Shown here: in pieces, positions 28,780 through 44,910 of the stretch
Numbering within the stretch: position 1 is the stretch's first letter
How the letters are laid out: every line of letters begins with the position of its first letter
Assembly (NCBI RefSeq): GCF_016433145.1
Contig: NC_058131.1
Coordinates: 27,770,992 to 27,834,991, forward strand
From: Gracilinanus agilis
Taxonomy: Eukaryota
Direction: 5' to 3'
DNA length: 64,000 nt
Notes under the pieces: model-generated
Database searches by the model: none
The model's input: the letters and a program-made list of their open reading frames with translations, nothing else
Told to the model about the DNA's origin: nothing
Made by a program: the position numbers and the translations under genes

Positions 28780-29190
28780 CAGAAATTCCAGTCTTGTTCT
28801 TCTGCATTTCTCTTCTCATGCAGTAGCAATCAAAATACTAAAAACAGTGTCACTCAGAATAATCAGGGATGGTTATCAAAGAGGAGAGAAGACTTAGGTA
28901 GGACTCAATATTGCTTAAATATGTGGAATACAGAAAAGGGATCTGATTTGTTCTTGTTTTCAGAAGATAGAAAGAATGAAAAACAATGGGTAAAGTTTAT
29001 AGAAACACACATGTGGGTTGCTCACAAACAGTAGAGACTGACTCAACAAACAGTAAATTCTGCATTGCTAGAGATCTCCAAAAAGAGACTAGATGACTGT
29101 TGAGGAGCAATTTTGTAGAGAGAAATTCAGTTTAGCTATGGGTGAAGTAGATGCTCTCTATGGTCTTTTCCACTTCTAAGATTCCATGAG
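28780..29190 (+). mobile_element. L3/CR1 3' end fragment
   Basis: Ends GGTCTTTTCCACTTCTAAGATTCCATGA, like the L3/MIR3 terminus; CCTAAGTCTTCTCT core on the - strand. Confidence 0.5.
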
Positions 29191-29737
29191 CACATCGATA
29201 CACAGAGCATTTCGATTTCTGGATGAGTTCATCTTGGTCTTAATAAATCGTCCTATCTAAAATCAAGCCTCTAGCCATGGTTTGATAGTCATTATGAATT
29301 CCCTAACTGAGCCTTGTCATATTTATATGACACCATAAAGTTCTACATGAAGTGAAGCGTTATTGTTTGTCTGATGTCTCATTGGGATCTGGAGGTGGCC
29401 TGTAGTTCCTAGATGTTAAAGAAGGAGGGTGCAAGCTCTAGCAGGTTCTGCCAAGCTGGATAGGCCACAAGCATGACCACAGTGACATTTTGTACTTATG
29501 TTTTTTGAGTTCTATTTTGGATAAATGGGGTATCTCATCACCAAGAGACCAGGTGAGAATTTCCTCTGGTCTCAGCAATTCATGAAAAGTCTGTCTTCTA
29601 AGGCAAGAAGGGACTGTGCCCACATTGATGACACGTCTGACTTACCGAGTTATTCTCATTGTTATTTTGTTCCCCTCTTTTTATTAAAGTTTAAAAAGAA
29701 ATTATCTTGAGAACAACTGGCAAAAATAGTTTATTCT

Positions 29738-29915
29738 TGGGAGAAGCTAAGTGGCTCAGTGGATTGAAAGCCTGGGTTCAAGTGTGATCTCAGACTCTTC
29801 CTCTCTGCGTATGACCCTGGGCAAGTCACTTAACCCACATTGCCTAGCCCTTACAGCTCTTCTGCCTTGGAACCAATAAACAGTATTGATTCTAAGATGG
29901 AAGGTCAAATGTTTA
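29738..29915 (+). mobile_element. SINE1_Mdo-like (older)
   Basis: GCTCAGTGGATTGA..GACCCTGGGCAAGTCACTTAACC..GATGGAAGGT. Confidence 0.7.
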
Positions 29916-30021
29916 CAAGAATATATTATTCTTTGTATTTAATAGTTTCTATACAAGTGACAAAAACCACTTCATTTGATAGTTGAATGAAGGTAGTAGG
30001 GTGTCACTCCATCTCCTAGAT

Positions 30022-30216
30022 GAGTGGTTCCCAAACTTTTTTGGCCTACCACCCCCTTTCCAGAAAAAATATTACTTAGCACCCCCTGTCACATACTATC
30101 ACTGCCCCCTTACAGTTATTCACCGCCCCCAAATGCACCTGTGGTCATCACCGCCCCAGCCCTGGATTGCTGGAGCACCCACCAGGGGGCAGTGGCGCCC
30201 ACTTTGGAAATCATTA
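30022..30216. mobile_element. Non-autonomous hAT MITE, same terminal family as 10791-10982
   Basis: Shares both ends (GTGGTTCCCAAACTTTTTTGGCCTACC.. and ..CAGGGGGCAGTGGCGCCCACTTTGG) with a different interior; TSD decayed. Confidence 0.72.
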
Positions 30217-32680
30217 TAAATTGAGTCAATATTTGTCACAATTCCAATAGCCAGCAATGTGACAGAAATGACAGTTATTATATGTTAGAGGAGATGAAAA
30301 TTCATCTCCTCTGCTAGGCCTTCTTATTTTCAAAGTTTCTTACTCAGTGTTGCTTAGAAGCTAAGATTTATCATAATGGCATCAATTAAAATATTACATT
30401 TAAATTTTTATGAATCAGTGGTATATCCAGTAATCATGGACAATTTTTAAACTGTGGAAATGCCGTAGCCTTTTGCTTACTATTTATTGATTCAGTTCTC
30501 AAGGATTTGTTGAGGTTTCTATCTGCAGTATGTAGATTTCTCATTTTTCTGTCCATAAAAGACAGAGAGCAGCTAATGCTCCCATTTTGTTGATGTGGTT
30601 GTCATCTTATTCTCTCTTTTCTAGGGGAGTTTATGAAGAAATTATCCTGGGACAAATCACCATCCTTCTATCGTTCTATTATTATTGTTGTTATTTTCAA
30701 TATTATTATGCATATTATTAACATTAATAAGAAATTTAGTTGCAACTGTTTCAAGAAAGGTTTCTGGGGTACCTGGCAGGGAGAGCACATAGGTCAAATA
30801 GATTCTAAAATTGAGGAGCCTTAGTCATATTTAGGATTTCAGATTCTGAGATCCGAAGTGACCCTGCTTGAAATCAGGAAGTCAAATGAAATGTCTTCTC
30901 AAGTCTCACTTCTCAGCAGTGTGCGGATTCTCTGAAAATTTCTCTACTTGTTTAGGAAAAACCATGAAGTACAATGAATGAAGGTATAAACGTGTCACTT
31001 CAGCTTCTCAACATTGAGTCAATACTTAGCACAATTCCAGTAGTAGAATACAAAAGATAATAGTGAAGGATGTGAGTTGGGATGAGTAGGAAGAAAATCA
31101 AGGAAAATCAGCTCCTTTGGGAAGCAGCAAATATATATAGGTTTGTCTCAGTGTTAGTCATTTCAGAACTCTCATTAACATGGTGAATGGCTGGATTGGT
31201 ATGGGATGTGAGGAAGATCAACCTGAAGAGTTTGATTAACAGGTAATAACTCCATCCTCCGTACAACTTCCTAATACAAATTGATTTTCCCAATGCTCAG
31301 GTCCCACTATGTGACTTCTCTGTTTAACAAAATCCTGGACCTTCCTATGATCTAACTAATCAGGACCTACAAAATAAGCACACAATAGACAACAGGAACC
31401 TTAGGTGAGATGATGGGAGCATCTGGGGTTGTCGTTATTGCAGAGCTTGATGAGAAATCAGAGGAAGAAGAGCTCACGTTCCTGGAGTTCAGGGGAAGTT
31501 TAGGGGAGGTAGGGGCATTTGACTTATATCTTAAAAAAGGGAACTAGAATGGATGGAGTTTGAGGATCCATGTATTTTAGGCACGTGGATGAGGAAGTGG
31601 GATGAAAAGCAGAGTTAGGATAAGTCAGAATGAGAAAAGGGGAAACCAGATAGAATACAGTAGAATTGCCAAGGTATGTGGAAATCACATTTCAGTAAAA
31701 TACCACAAAGCCCTCCATTAAAGGAAGGCCTCCAACACCTTGAGGGGAACCTTTGCCATAAAGTGTTGGAAGCATGTGGTCAAGAGTCATACAGGGTGGT
31801 TAGATTATGATCAAATCATTAAAAAGAGCCCCAGAATGGATGAGATCACAAATTAATTTGACCATCTGAGACAGGATTGTGCATTTATACATTCACAGTC
31901 ACCATGATGAGTGACAGAAGATTTTAGGCTTTATTTTAATTAGAGGTGGGTTCTACTTAAACAATCTTGTCACCTTTTAGTACAGGCAATGAAAACTAGT
32001 CACAGTCACAATAATAAAAGCCAGACACACAGATGGCCAGCATACAAACACTGCGATATGCCACCCAAGATTCAGTGGCCGGGTTCTGGCAGTCATCCTG
32101 GGGCCACGTTGAGAGGAAATCACAATTAATCAGCATGGAAAGGCAATGTGGAATAGGATCAAGAATGTCAACAGACCTAGTGTTAGTATGACTTCTCTTT
32201 GAATTCTTCTTTAGACTTCACCCTGAGAGTCTTTTTTCTTGAGAAGTAATTTAACCTCTCTTGGACTCAGTTTCCTCATCTGGAAAATGAGGATGAACAA
32301 TAGTACCTACTCCTGCACCACAGCAATATTGTGACAATCAAGTGAGATAATAATAAATGTGAAGGCCTCTGCCACCTTAATAGGGTATATTCACGGTTGT
32401 TTCTGTTAATAGCATATTTTCAGATAGGTAGCTCCATTAAAAACTGCCCCATAAAATCAGGGGCTCCCTGAGATCCAGACGAAAGGAGAAATGGGACCAC
32501 TTCCCTATTTCTCCCCTCAGGAATGAAAACTCCTAGTGTTCCCCTTCAGATATAACAATTTCTAGAATTTAGGAATGACAACAGGAAGGCTGACCTTGAA
32601 ACAACCAGTCAATGTCAGGGCCTCCCAGAAAGAGCCTGATGGTGACTGTGCTCGGAGGCTCTCTCCCCTCACCTCTGACT

Positions 32681-32697
32681 GTTTCACTTCCTCTCTT
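32681..32697 (-). promoter_or_regulatory. PU.1/Ets-IRF composite element, gene 2
   Basis: GTTTCACTTCCTCTCTT, 255 nt upstream of the ATG. Confidence 0.6.
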
Positions 32698-32935
32698 ACA
32701 TCTGCTAAGCCAGGAAAGTTTCAGCCTGTTAACAGGCATCTTAGATGACAATGAGAGCAGGGCAGGGTCTAAGCAGACCCAACCCCATCCTGGGTAGACC
32801 TAGAGGATAAAAAGCCATGTTACATACATAGGAGACCTCAGTTCCCTTTTAGGTACTGCCTGAGGCTGTGGGACATCTAAAGCTTCCCCAGCTGTGGTGT
32901 GCTTGATGAAGCCAGGTAGCGCCACTCTGTAGAAC

Positions 32936-35900
32936 ATGGAGTGTAGAAGGAGCTGGAGATGGTTCTTCTCAGCCGGGTTTCTCATTATGGAAGTATTTGC
33001 CTTGAGAAAGACACAGGCAGGTAAGTCTAGAGAGAAGAGGGTTCAGTAGACAGTGTAGAGACAATGGAGCTTTGGGTCTGATGGGGAAAACTTATTCATT
33101 CCCTTCGAAGAGCAGACAGTCCGTCAAAAATATTTAATAAGCATATTTGTTGGTTAATTATTATTAAGCATATTATTAAGCATAAAAGCATACTAAGCAT
33201 AACTGTTATAGTACAGGAAAAATGCTACATACTGGGGACACCATGACCAAAAAAAATAATAATGAAATGAAACATAGTCTCCGCCTAAAAGGAGCTCATG
33301 CTCTAAAAGGAAGAGGCAACACGTAAATAAATATAACATCTAGAGGAGATGAAATGTAACTTTGGAAGGGAAAACAATAGTGACCTCAGGGTTGAATAAA
33401 TGTTTGGTGTGCAGGATGGTAAGTGGGACAATTTAACAAAAATGTTGAGTGTATGAAAATAGACTAAAAAGGAAGACTGAATCAGAATGTGAATGACTTT
33501 AAAGGCCATTAGCTGCCAAAGATTGCATTTTATCCTAGAGGCAGTAGGGAAGCACTAAAGTTCTTTGGAGATGGAGTGTAGTGTGCTTTGGGAATAGGAA
33601 AATGGGAAGATTGGGGAGGACTGATTGGAGACGGAAAAATTCAAAAGAAGGAAATCCATTGAGGAGTAAATTGCCAAAATCCTGGTGAGAGGGAATGAGG
33701 GTTGAACTAGAGGGTGGGATGTGTGAATGAAAAGAAAAAGAGAGAGATTTGAGAGAGGAGCAGGAGGTGGAATTAGTTGGGCTTGGCTGCTGATCAGATA
33801 TTGGGGAAGGACAGAAAGAGGTAGGATATGAGAAAGGATCTGAGATTGAAAATATAGATGATTAGAATATTAGTGCGGTTCTTGACAAAAATAGAAAGTT
33901 AGTGAGAAGCAGAGGTTTAGAGAGAAGCTAATGACATATTTTTGACATACTGAGTTTCAAATACCTAAAAGCAATCTAATTGGAGATGTCTAAAAGGAAA
34001 GAGTTTTTAATAAGCATTTATTAATCCCTTATTATGCAGCAGGTACTGTAATAAGTCCCTTATAAATACCTCCTTTGAGTACCAATAGAATCCTAAGGAG
34101 TCAGTGTATTTATTATTCTCATTTTATGGATAAGGAAACTCAGGTTTAAAGAGCTTACGTGATTTATTTACCCAGGATCATACAGTGCAAATGTCTGAGT
34201 CTAGATTGGAACTCATCTTTATAACAACAATTCCAGCCCTCTATCCACTGCACCAACTAGTGGATAATAAATAGGCTCAAAAGAAAGAGACTAAGAGTTG
34301 GATATATAAATTTTGGAGTCATCTGTTAAACTACATTTAATATGGGTGGGAAACAGAGAAAGGGGAAAAATGGCTGAGGAGACTCTGGTCCTCTGGTATC
34401 CCCAAACCTGAAACACCATTTTCTCTTCTTCTCTTCCTTCCTATAATTCAGTCCACCACAGGCATGAGCTTCAGTCCACCACAGTGGGTACAATCCACTC
34501 TGTCTTGGAACTAAGTGCAATTACCCTCATAGATGATGTTGAAGTGGCATCTTATAATAAAGGACAGAAGCAAATTACTATCAAGATACCCTGGATCCCC
34601 AAAGTACTGGGAGAAAATTATCTTACTCAGAGCCATAATTCACTGGTGAAACACGAGCAAGATTTCCTCTGGCCAATACAGTTCTTAGCACAGCATGACA
34701 TCAACCATGATAGTAAGTTAGATCAGCTCATTTTCCCCCATCCTGTTTTTCAACGTACTTTGTCTGTTTCTCTCCCAAGATCCAAGGATCCCAGTAGATC
34801 GTACCACTGAGGCAAATTTCTTTGGTCTCAACCCTCTCTATCCTTCTCTCAGGAAAGAGCTATGAAGGATCCAGCCCTGGGCCAAAGGTTTCACCCAGTT
34901 GGATTAACATCCAGGATCACCATCTCCTATTATCCTTTTAAGAGACTTCTACCTTCTGCCCAGTGACTTTCACTGCCTGCCAAAATTTCTTAATCAATAA
35001 ACCTGAACATAAAGGCCCGTGCTCTCCTTCAGTCCCAGAGGTTAGAAATGTCCATCCTAGTTACTGATCTCTCTCTTCTTCTGGATTTCAGACATTAGTT
35101 CTAGCACCAGCTCCTTTCATTATCTTTTACTCCTGCAATTACACACAACAGAACCACCTCAACAACAAGGCTCTATTTTCTGGGGGGTTTTGAAAGGAAA
35201 GAGAATACCCAAATTCAGATATAAATTTTATGTAGACCTTAAAAAGCAAAAAAATGCACTAAGAATTTGGGAATGCACTGCATAATATGACAGTTCAAAC
35301 TGGATGAAGTAGAAATGGACATAGACCAAGAATGAAGAGAATCTAACTCCAAAGTTATTGTCTACTCTACCTGAATTTCCTGTGATTCTCTGGAGACAAT
35401 TTGCCCAAACTATAAGTAACCCCCAATGTTTTTAAAAAAGGAAAATCCCCTTTCTACATCTCCTCCACAGATGGGTTCCTCTTTTGGATTCTCTGTCCCC
35501 TTTTCAACTAGAGGAGCCCAACTCTATGTTCCTCCACAGGAAACCACACAGTCCAGCTTCTGGCAGAATGTGAAGTGTACAATGACATCACAGTAAAGAG
35601 TCACATCCATTTAATTTGGAATGGAGAGGAAAGTTACAGGCTAGATGAAGAGGTTGGACATTGGGAGAACATAAATCCTGAAGTCAAGCAATACCCATAC
35701 ATTCTGCAGAGTCCCCTCTGGACCAATCTAACAAAATACTACATGAAGGTATATTGTGTTGACTTGATGAGGAAAATCGTTGGATATTCAAGCTTAAAAG
35801 AAAATGGTGAGTGTTTTCTTCTTTCATCTCCTCCTTAAAGGTCTAGGTCACCTCCATAATTCAATGCAGTCACTGGAGTCCCAGAGAAAGAGGCAGGAAC

Positions 35901-37368
35901 CCTACCTTCTGATCATAGCCCCAGTTGACAATGGCAAAATTTATTTTAAATGTGAGAAACTTTGAATTATGTTCTTTCTTTTTTCCTTCTTCTTTTTCTT
36001 ACTTTCTTATTTTCGTTTTTCTTTTCCATATTTCCTTCTTTTCTCCCACTTTCTTTCCTTCTCTCTCTTTTCATCTATCCTTTTTCCTTTCTTTTTTCTC
36101 TACTTTCCTTTCTTTTTCCTTCTTTTTCCTGTTATTTCAGTCCATCCTTTCCTTCCTTCCTTACCCTTTTCTTTCTCCTTTCTTTCTCCCTTCCATTTTG
36201 TCCATCTTTCTTTTTGTCTGTTCCTCAAGTTAAAATCTTCCTCCTATGACTCATCAAGGTTAGGAGTTCAAAAATTGTGGCAGGTAAATACATACTCTAA
36301 AATTATCACTTAGGCTGAGAAATCTATGCTCACAGGCCCAGGAATGATGAACTATGTATCTGCTGTGTAAAGAGCAGACTAGCCAGATTTAGAACATCAG
36401 CAGCAGGAGACTGGCCACCAGTAATGTTTTACTTTTATTTGGGGAGGAAGTGACAGAGATACATGAAGTATAGCTTAGTATGCATGGTGGGTATACAATC
36501 TTCATGATCAGTAGTACCCCCACTGATTCAATCATGGGTCACAGAAGATTAAGCTTCTTGAAGATGATTTAGAAAGCCTTTGTGACAAGTATGTCAAAAT
36601 CAGTTGATGGTGACTCAGTAATTAGTGTTAACCTAGCACTCTTTGAGGTGTCCAGAGAGATATGTAGGAATAAAAGCTACTCTCAAGGACCTGATGCATC
36701 CATTGGGTATCATAGCAGAGGAGATGTGGGAATAAGGAATCTGAGAACATTAATGAAGATAAAGATAAAATGGAAGCATCAAACACTGACTAAGATTGTG
36801 ACATGAGACCTTCTTTCTTGATCTCTTCTTGTAGTGGCCCCAGAGGTGGCTGTATCTCAACATGTCAGTCCAGAAGGCAGCATCATTCTCTCCTGCATTG
36901 CCACAGGTTTCTACCCTCGCTCCATCATCATGCACTGGGAAAAGAATGGGAAGCTGGGGATATGGGGAAATGAGAGTTCCAGTGGCACCCTGCCCAATAT
37001 GGATTCCACCTTCTACCTCAAAGTTACCTTAGAACTCCCACCAGAAGACTCAGGTGCAGGTTATGCCTGTGTGGTAGAACACAGTGAGCTGAAGAGTCCT
37101 GCTATGTATTCAGGTCAGTGTTTCAGCCAAATACTCTCATCACATCCCTAGGAATCTGGGCACCAGAATATAGTTCCATTCTCTCTCCACTTCTTTCATT
37201 GAATGCATACTCACTTACATTCTACTCTTTATTTCTATAGTCCCTAGAAAGCCCACTATGAACAAGCCTTGGATTCTTGTACTGGGCATCATATTGGCTG
37301 TCATCCTACTGCTGAGCTGTGCTGGGGTCTTCATCAAATGGAAGATGAGGAAGACAGTATCCATGTAA
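32936..37368 (+). CDS. Non-classical MHC class I heavy chain, gene 2 (probable UT family), 339 aa
   Basis: Exons 32936-33020, 34452-34712, 35540-35806, 36835-37113, 37241-37368 (85/261/267/279/128 nt); GT-AG, phase 1; open frame ending KWKMRKTVSM*. Confidence 0.9.
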
Positions 37369-39163
37369 GAAGAGAAAAGTGACAGGAAGATTTTTGATTG
37401 GGAACACCCAAGAAGACAAAAGATATTGCTATCATGGCAACCTGATAGTAAGAAAATGTTTTGAGAAGAGAATCCCAGAATATCAGGGTCAAAGTAGTAC
37501 ACAAAGTCTATGAAATTCAAATCTTACCTGGTCAAAAAACTCCTCAATATCATCCTGGCAAGTCAATCTCCAAGCCTCAGTCAGCTTATTTGAGAAAATG
37601 GGATATTAATGGTACTTGCATCACAGTAATATTCACAGAAAGTGCCAGTCAAACCTTTAAGTGCTATGGAAATATTGGTAATCGTTATGACTCTATTAAT
37701 GCAATTAGAGACCACTTTTTTAAAACTGTCATGCCAAGACCAAATCACATTCCTGATTTCTATGAAGTTTTCAGTCCATTAAAATACCCAGGACTTTATA
37801 AGTATAAAAAGTATTTTATTGGCGTGTGCATGTGTGCATTTTACACAACTGTAGTATTTAAATTTTATACATATTTCAATCTAATCCAATGCAATCCAAC
37901 AAGAATTTGACAAGGACCTATTAATGTTTTGCTAGACTCTTGTAACACAAGGACCAAAGGAAAATAGTCTCTGCTCTCATAGAGCTTACATTCTATTGGA
38001 GTAATTCCTATCAAACTTCATCGTCTTATATTCTGCCCATTGTTCTACCATTTAAGAATCTTTTGAGATTATGCCTCATCCCCCGATTTTATTTATATAT
38101 TTGATGACAATAGCTATCCCTCCTGGATTGGAGTCATCTCCAGATTTGATTGTCATCTATGGCTTCATCTAAGCCATCACAAACATGGTAGCTCTTAGTG
38201 AAGAAACTTCTCTTGCTAGACACTCACAAATCAGTCAATCATTTCTTTCAACTCATTAGAGTAAATATTCATTAAATATTTGCTATGCTTAAATTAATAG
38301 ATAGCATGGTTTATAGAATAAAGACTCTGTCATGAAGTTAAGAAGACCTGGATTCAAGTCTCACATATTGACTGTGTGACCTTGAACAAGTCACATGCAG
38401 AGCCTCAGGTAACTTTCTATGACTAAATTATAGAAAGTGAAAATCTTCACTGATAGAGGGAGTTCCTCACTGAGATTTCTCTATACTCATGTTAGCATAT
38501 GTCAAGATCCCTAAAAAAAGGCAGAGGGAGATGGATTTATTGTCTTAATAACATTTAATAGAATCATGTTGATAAATGAAGTTCAGCTCTCTGCCTTCTA
38601 TGAAAATCCATCATCTTCCCTTAAAAAAATGTTCACTCACTCATCTATTTCCAGACCAGTAAGACTGTGTATGTTGGGCGCATGAGAGTGATAATGGGAT
38701 GTGAGGTATCATGGTTAAAGTAAACAGAAAAGGCAGCTCTATCTCATGGGGAAATGTGAATGTGACCCTGGATCATCCCTGGCATGACGTCTTCTTTGTT
38801 CTGATTCCACATAATATCTGTTCTAACCTGGGGTTCATGTAGGGATCCAACATTGGCCTGCTACAACACAGAACCTCCTCATGAATAAGCTTTTCCTAAT
38901 AAAATCAATTTGATACTGATCTGAAATGGGCCCCTTTTTCTTTGGTATCATAATAACTTCTCGTTAAGATGGAATGGTCCCTCAGGATAGGTATAATCAA
39001 AATAGAACCACCCAAAACTCATTATAGACTTCTCCCACTCACCATTATTTTTCAGGGATCATTCTTGGTGGCTTCTCAATCTTTTCAGTACCTTGAGATG
39101 TTCTTTATCCAAGACTGGAGACTTGCGCTCATTGAGGGTACCCAAAACATCTCTAGTCAACTT

Positions 39164-40827
<1,664 letters not shown>

Positions 40828-43290
40828 GGTCAGGGGAAGAGGGTTATTAGGGTTCTCTATCTAATGACACTGAGCAATGGCAAGTCCTTCAGCCATGGGT
40901 AAAGCCGGGCTGACCTGGATTTTCCTATGCTAACTAATTCTAGGCTAAATCTCAAAAAGAGCAAGTCTCTAGTTGGCACAGGTGAGGAGTTTGTCTTCAG
41001 GACTGATCCAGCCTATCCTCAGGGTAAACTCTTCAGGTAAACTGACAGCTTGATCCCTCCACGCAGGTCTTCTTTATTCATGAACAGGAGCAATGGCAGA
41101 GATTTAGTAGTTGTCTGGGTAAGGTAGGAATCTCTCAGGAATGGGTTTGATTTTCAGTCTTGGAGCTGGATCAGGAGCTGCTCTCTCCCCTCACAGTCTA
41201 AGAGCAATCCCCTCCCTCCCTCTGACATTCCAATGTTCTCCCAGAAGCCCCTCCTCTCTCTTCTCTGTTTCACCACATGCCATTTCATGCTCTTGCAAAA
41301 TTCCCTTCCCTCAGTCATTGAGCTTTTTGCCTTCCTCTCCAATTTTTAATACATTTTAATAATTTATTAGTGTGCAATTTATCAATTTCATTTTTTGTCA
41401 ATTCCTGCCTTATCCCCCAAAATTTTGATGTACAATATAGATAAATTACATTGTAATTTTAGCTAACACTTTTTAAAACATTTCAAAACATATAAAAGGT
41501 TCTCCTTTATTCCCTCTTTTGCTATTTTAGTTCTTGAATTCCAATGAATAATAATTAGAAACTTTTTTTCTTTCCTCTTGCTGAAGAGACTTTTGTGCTC
41601 TTCTGATTAGAATTGGAACTTTGTCAGAGACAAGCTGGATTTCATTGGAGCAGACTATAGAGTGGTAGACTAGACAATTTTCTACCTCATTCCTACATTT
41701 CCCTCTTTTTACTATCTCTATTTTAATTAAACTTAAATTGTAAACGCTACTAATAGCCTCATAATTTAATTTTTAATTATCACAATTGGCAACCACCCTT
41801 TTTAACTATTACAGTTCCAAACTCTGAATACCTGTTCCATTCTACATTTGCAGGTTAACAAATTTAAAACTTCTTTAACATACTCATTTGTAAACCAAAA
41901 TTTTAGATCATACAGAAGTTTCTCCATATTACATTACCATTTCTTTCAGAAATCTGGTACTAATTCCTATACAGATTACATTCGTTTTATTACACTTTAT
42001 CTTCATTTAAGCAGTTAGGACAGTCTTATTGGGGGTTTGCTACCCATCTGCTTTTTTAAAATAAAAAAATCCTTCTTTCTGCATTAGGCTGGCTATTAAT
42101 TACTTTTAGAGAAAATGTTATATTCCCCATTTTCAGTTGACTCAGATATTTTAGGTATGTGCAGTCATTCAAATCTGTAACCATTACTTATCTCAAATCC
42201 TAATGAGAATAGGCAATACTTTCACCATTAAGTTTTGTACAGAATCAAACATCTGAAATTTTACACAATTTGATAAACAATTTTAACACTAACAATTATT
42301 TCACACAAGTACATTTCAGAATCATTCATGATTTCCAAAATCATATGTATATATATATATATATACACATATATATCTTTAAAATTAATCCTAATTAAAA
42401 ATACAATCAAATCATGAGATCAAATCTTCCTTCTCTTCCTTTTTTTCACTTAGATGTTCTTAAAGTTTAAGAGGTTCAAAAGTTCATGTTTCCTTTTAAA
42501 TCTCTCGAACACAGTTTCTGATCTGTCTGGATGTGGGAAGCCAATAGGAGAAACAGAGTCTTAAATAGATAAAAATCTGAGGCTCCTCTTTTAACCCCTT
42601 TTGTGATCCTTGTGATTTCTTGTTGAAAAGTATTGTGGCCTTATTGAAGAGCTTTAGGTTCCTAGCAGGCCAGAATTTAAAAGGTTAACACTCTCCCTCT
42701 TTGGCCAGGAATGCAGCTGCCTGGTACAGCCAAGGCCAAAACCTTAGCAGGGGCAATTCAACCCTGAGAAAAATATTCCCCAACTTGGCTTTCTGATAAG
42801 AACCCCGTCAAAATTCAGCCTTGGCCTTGGTCTGTTCTGAAGCCAATGAGACCTTTTGTGTTTTGATATGACATAATTTATAACTTCTGTGCATCTGCAA
42901 AGTTTGGGGGGGGGTTCTTTTGTGTGAAATGAGTCTTGAAATATATATAATAAACTCAATGCTCCTAGAGATAGAACAATAGCATGAGCTGATGAAAAGA
43001 TCTTCCATGTCCATCATTTCCTTATCAACTAAACTGTCCTTATCAGATTATCAGAGATGATAAAGAGATCTTGAGGTCTGTACCCCACTTTCCTGAATGA
43101 TGGGGGACAGAGAGAGGCAGATTTCTTTTAAACCAATCCCTCTTTTTTTGTGCACACAACACAACATGGTCACAAAGGACAACACAGATAACATTTAACA
43201 TAAACATTTGAATTTGGGATCATCTAATGTATTTACTTTTTCTTAACATTTTGGGACAGAGTGTTTAAAAATCTTCTTGCTATGTGTTGG
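40828..43290. mobile_element. LTR/ERV-derived block shared with 55610-57660
   Basis: TATAAAAGG at ~41492; LTR-like end ..TTATCACA followed by AT and a partial tRNA-Arg-like PBS TGGCAACCAC (41787-41796; 56621-56630 in the other copy); AT-rich interior. Confidence 0.45.
42532..43076 (+). mobile_element. Solo LTR, 6-bp TSD TCTG(G/T)A
   Basis: Reverse-complement match of both ends to 23335-23899; TSD at 42526-42531 and 43077-43082; empty site at ~57440. Confidence 0.8.
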
Positions 43291-43408
43291 CTGAAACATT
43301 TACTGACTCCTTTAGATGCCGTCCATTCTGATTTTTCACAGATACTGAAACATCTGTGGTATCACTGCAGATAGCATTATGGGCATGCATTCAAAAAGGC
43401 ACCTATTG

Positions 43409-43524
43409 GCCTCAGCCACTTCCCAGCTGTGTGACCCTGGGCAAGTCACTTGACCCCCATTGCCCACCCTTACCACTCTTCCACCTATGAGACAATACAC
43501 CGAAGTACAAGGGTTTTTAAAAAA
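43409..43524 (+). mobile_element. SINE1_Mdo-like, 5' truncated, 16-bp TSD
   Basis: AAAAAGGCACCTATTG at 43393-43408 and 43525-43540; empty in the other units. Confidence 0.85.
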
Positions 43525-44910
43525 AAAAAGGCACCTATTGACTTTCCAAAGGCCAAAGTAAAACCAATTGTCTTTCTCCCCAAATTCTGCCCTCTTTCCA
43601 CACTCATTATTCCTACTGAAGGTGTTTCCATCCTCCCAGACCCTCATCTGGCAGGTTCACTGTGATTCTGGACACTTTACTGTCATTCACCTCACATGTC
43701 CCATCTGTTGTCAGTTCACATCATTTCTGCCTTCTCTATATATCATATAAATCAACTTCTCTCTTCCCTACATCCACAACTCCTCTACCGGCCCTTCTCA
43801 TTTCTCACCTAGATGATTACAATAACTTTTTCATTCACTCCTACCCAAAGTCTCTCCCCACTATCTTCCATCCTCCATACAACTTCCTAATACAAATTGA
43901 TTTTCCCAATGCCCAGGTCTCATTATGTAACTGATTTGTTTAACAAATTCCTGGGCACTCCTATTATCTAACTAATCAGGACATACAAAATAAGCACACA
44001 ATAGACAGACAGGAATCTTAGGTGAGATGATGGGAGCATCTGGGGTTGTCCTTATTGCAGAGCTCATTGAGAAATAGGAGGAAGAAGAGATCACTTTCCT
44101 GGGAAGGGCTGGAGTTCAGGAGAAGTTTAGGGGAGGTAGTGACATCTGAGTTATATCTTAAAAAAGGGAACTACATTGGATGGAGTTTGAGGATATATGT
44201 ATTTTAGGCACATGGATGAGGAAGTGGGATGAAAAGCAGAGTTAGGATAAGTCAGAGTGAGAAAAGGGGAAACCAGATAGAATACAGTGGAATTGCCAAG
44301 GTATATAGAAATCACATTTCAGTAAAATACCACAAAGCCCTCCATTAAGGAAGGCCTCCAACACCTTGAGGGCAACCTTTGCCATAAAGTGTTGGAAGCA
44401 CATGGTCAAGAGTCATACAGGGTGGTTAGGTTATGATCAAATCATTAAAATGAGCACCAGAATGGATGAGATCACAAATTAATTTGAATATTTGAGGCAG
44501 GATCATGCATTTATACATATACAGTCACAATGATGAGTGACAGAAGATTTTTGCGTTTGTTTTAATTAGAGGTGGGTTCTGTTTAAACAATCTTGTCATC
44601 TTTTAGTACATGCAATGAAAACTAGTCACAATCACAGTAATAAAAAACAGACACACAAATACAGCAATATACCACCTAAGATTCAGTGCCTAGGTCCTGG
44701 CAGTCATCCAGGGGGCTCATTGAGAGGAAATCACAATTAATCAGCATGGAAAGGCAATGTGGAATAGGATCAAGAATGTCAACAGACCTAGCATTAGTAT
44801 GACTTCTCTTTGAATTTTTCCTTAGACTTCACCCTGAGAGTCTTTTTTCTTGAGAAGTAATTTAACCTCTCTTGGACTCAGTTTTCTTATCTTAAAAATG
44901 AGGATGAATA

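Noticed and set aside
28780-28875. Minus-strand hydrophobic stretch (PSLIILSDTVFSILIATA*EEKCRR) resembling a class I TM exon
   Set aside because: No AG acceptor, an internal stop, and it is continuous with L3/CR1 sequence.
29190-29408. Possible decayed alpha2 exon on the - strand (AG|GA start, IKP..C-I-D at the same 28-residue spacing as the array genes)
   Set aside because: Three stops, no first cysteine, and no convincing alpha1 or alpha3 neighbours; could be chance. A profile-HMM search would settle it.
34446-34484. Direct repeat TTCAGTCCACCACAG twice at the gene 2 exon 2 start, suggesting an alternative in-frame acceptor
   Set aside because: Created by a single TTC-to-TCC change (F9S); the second AG lacks a polypyrimidine tract.
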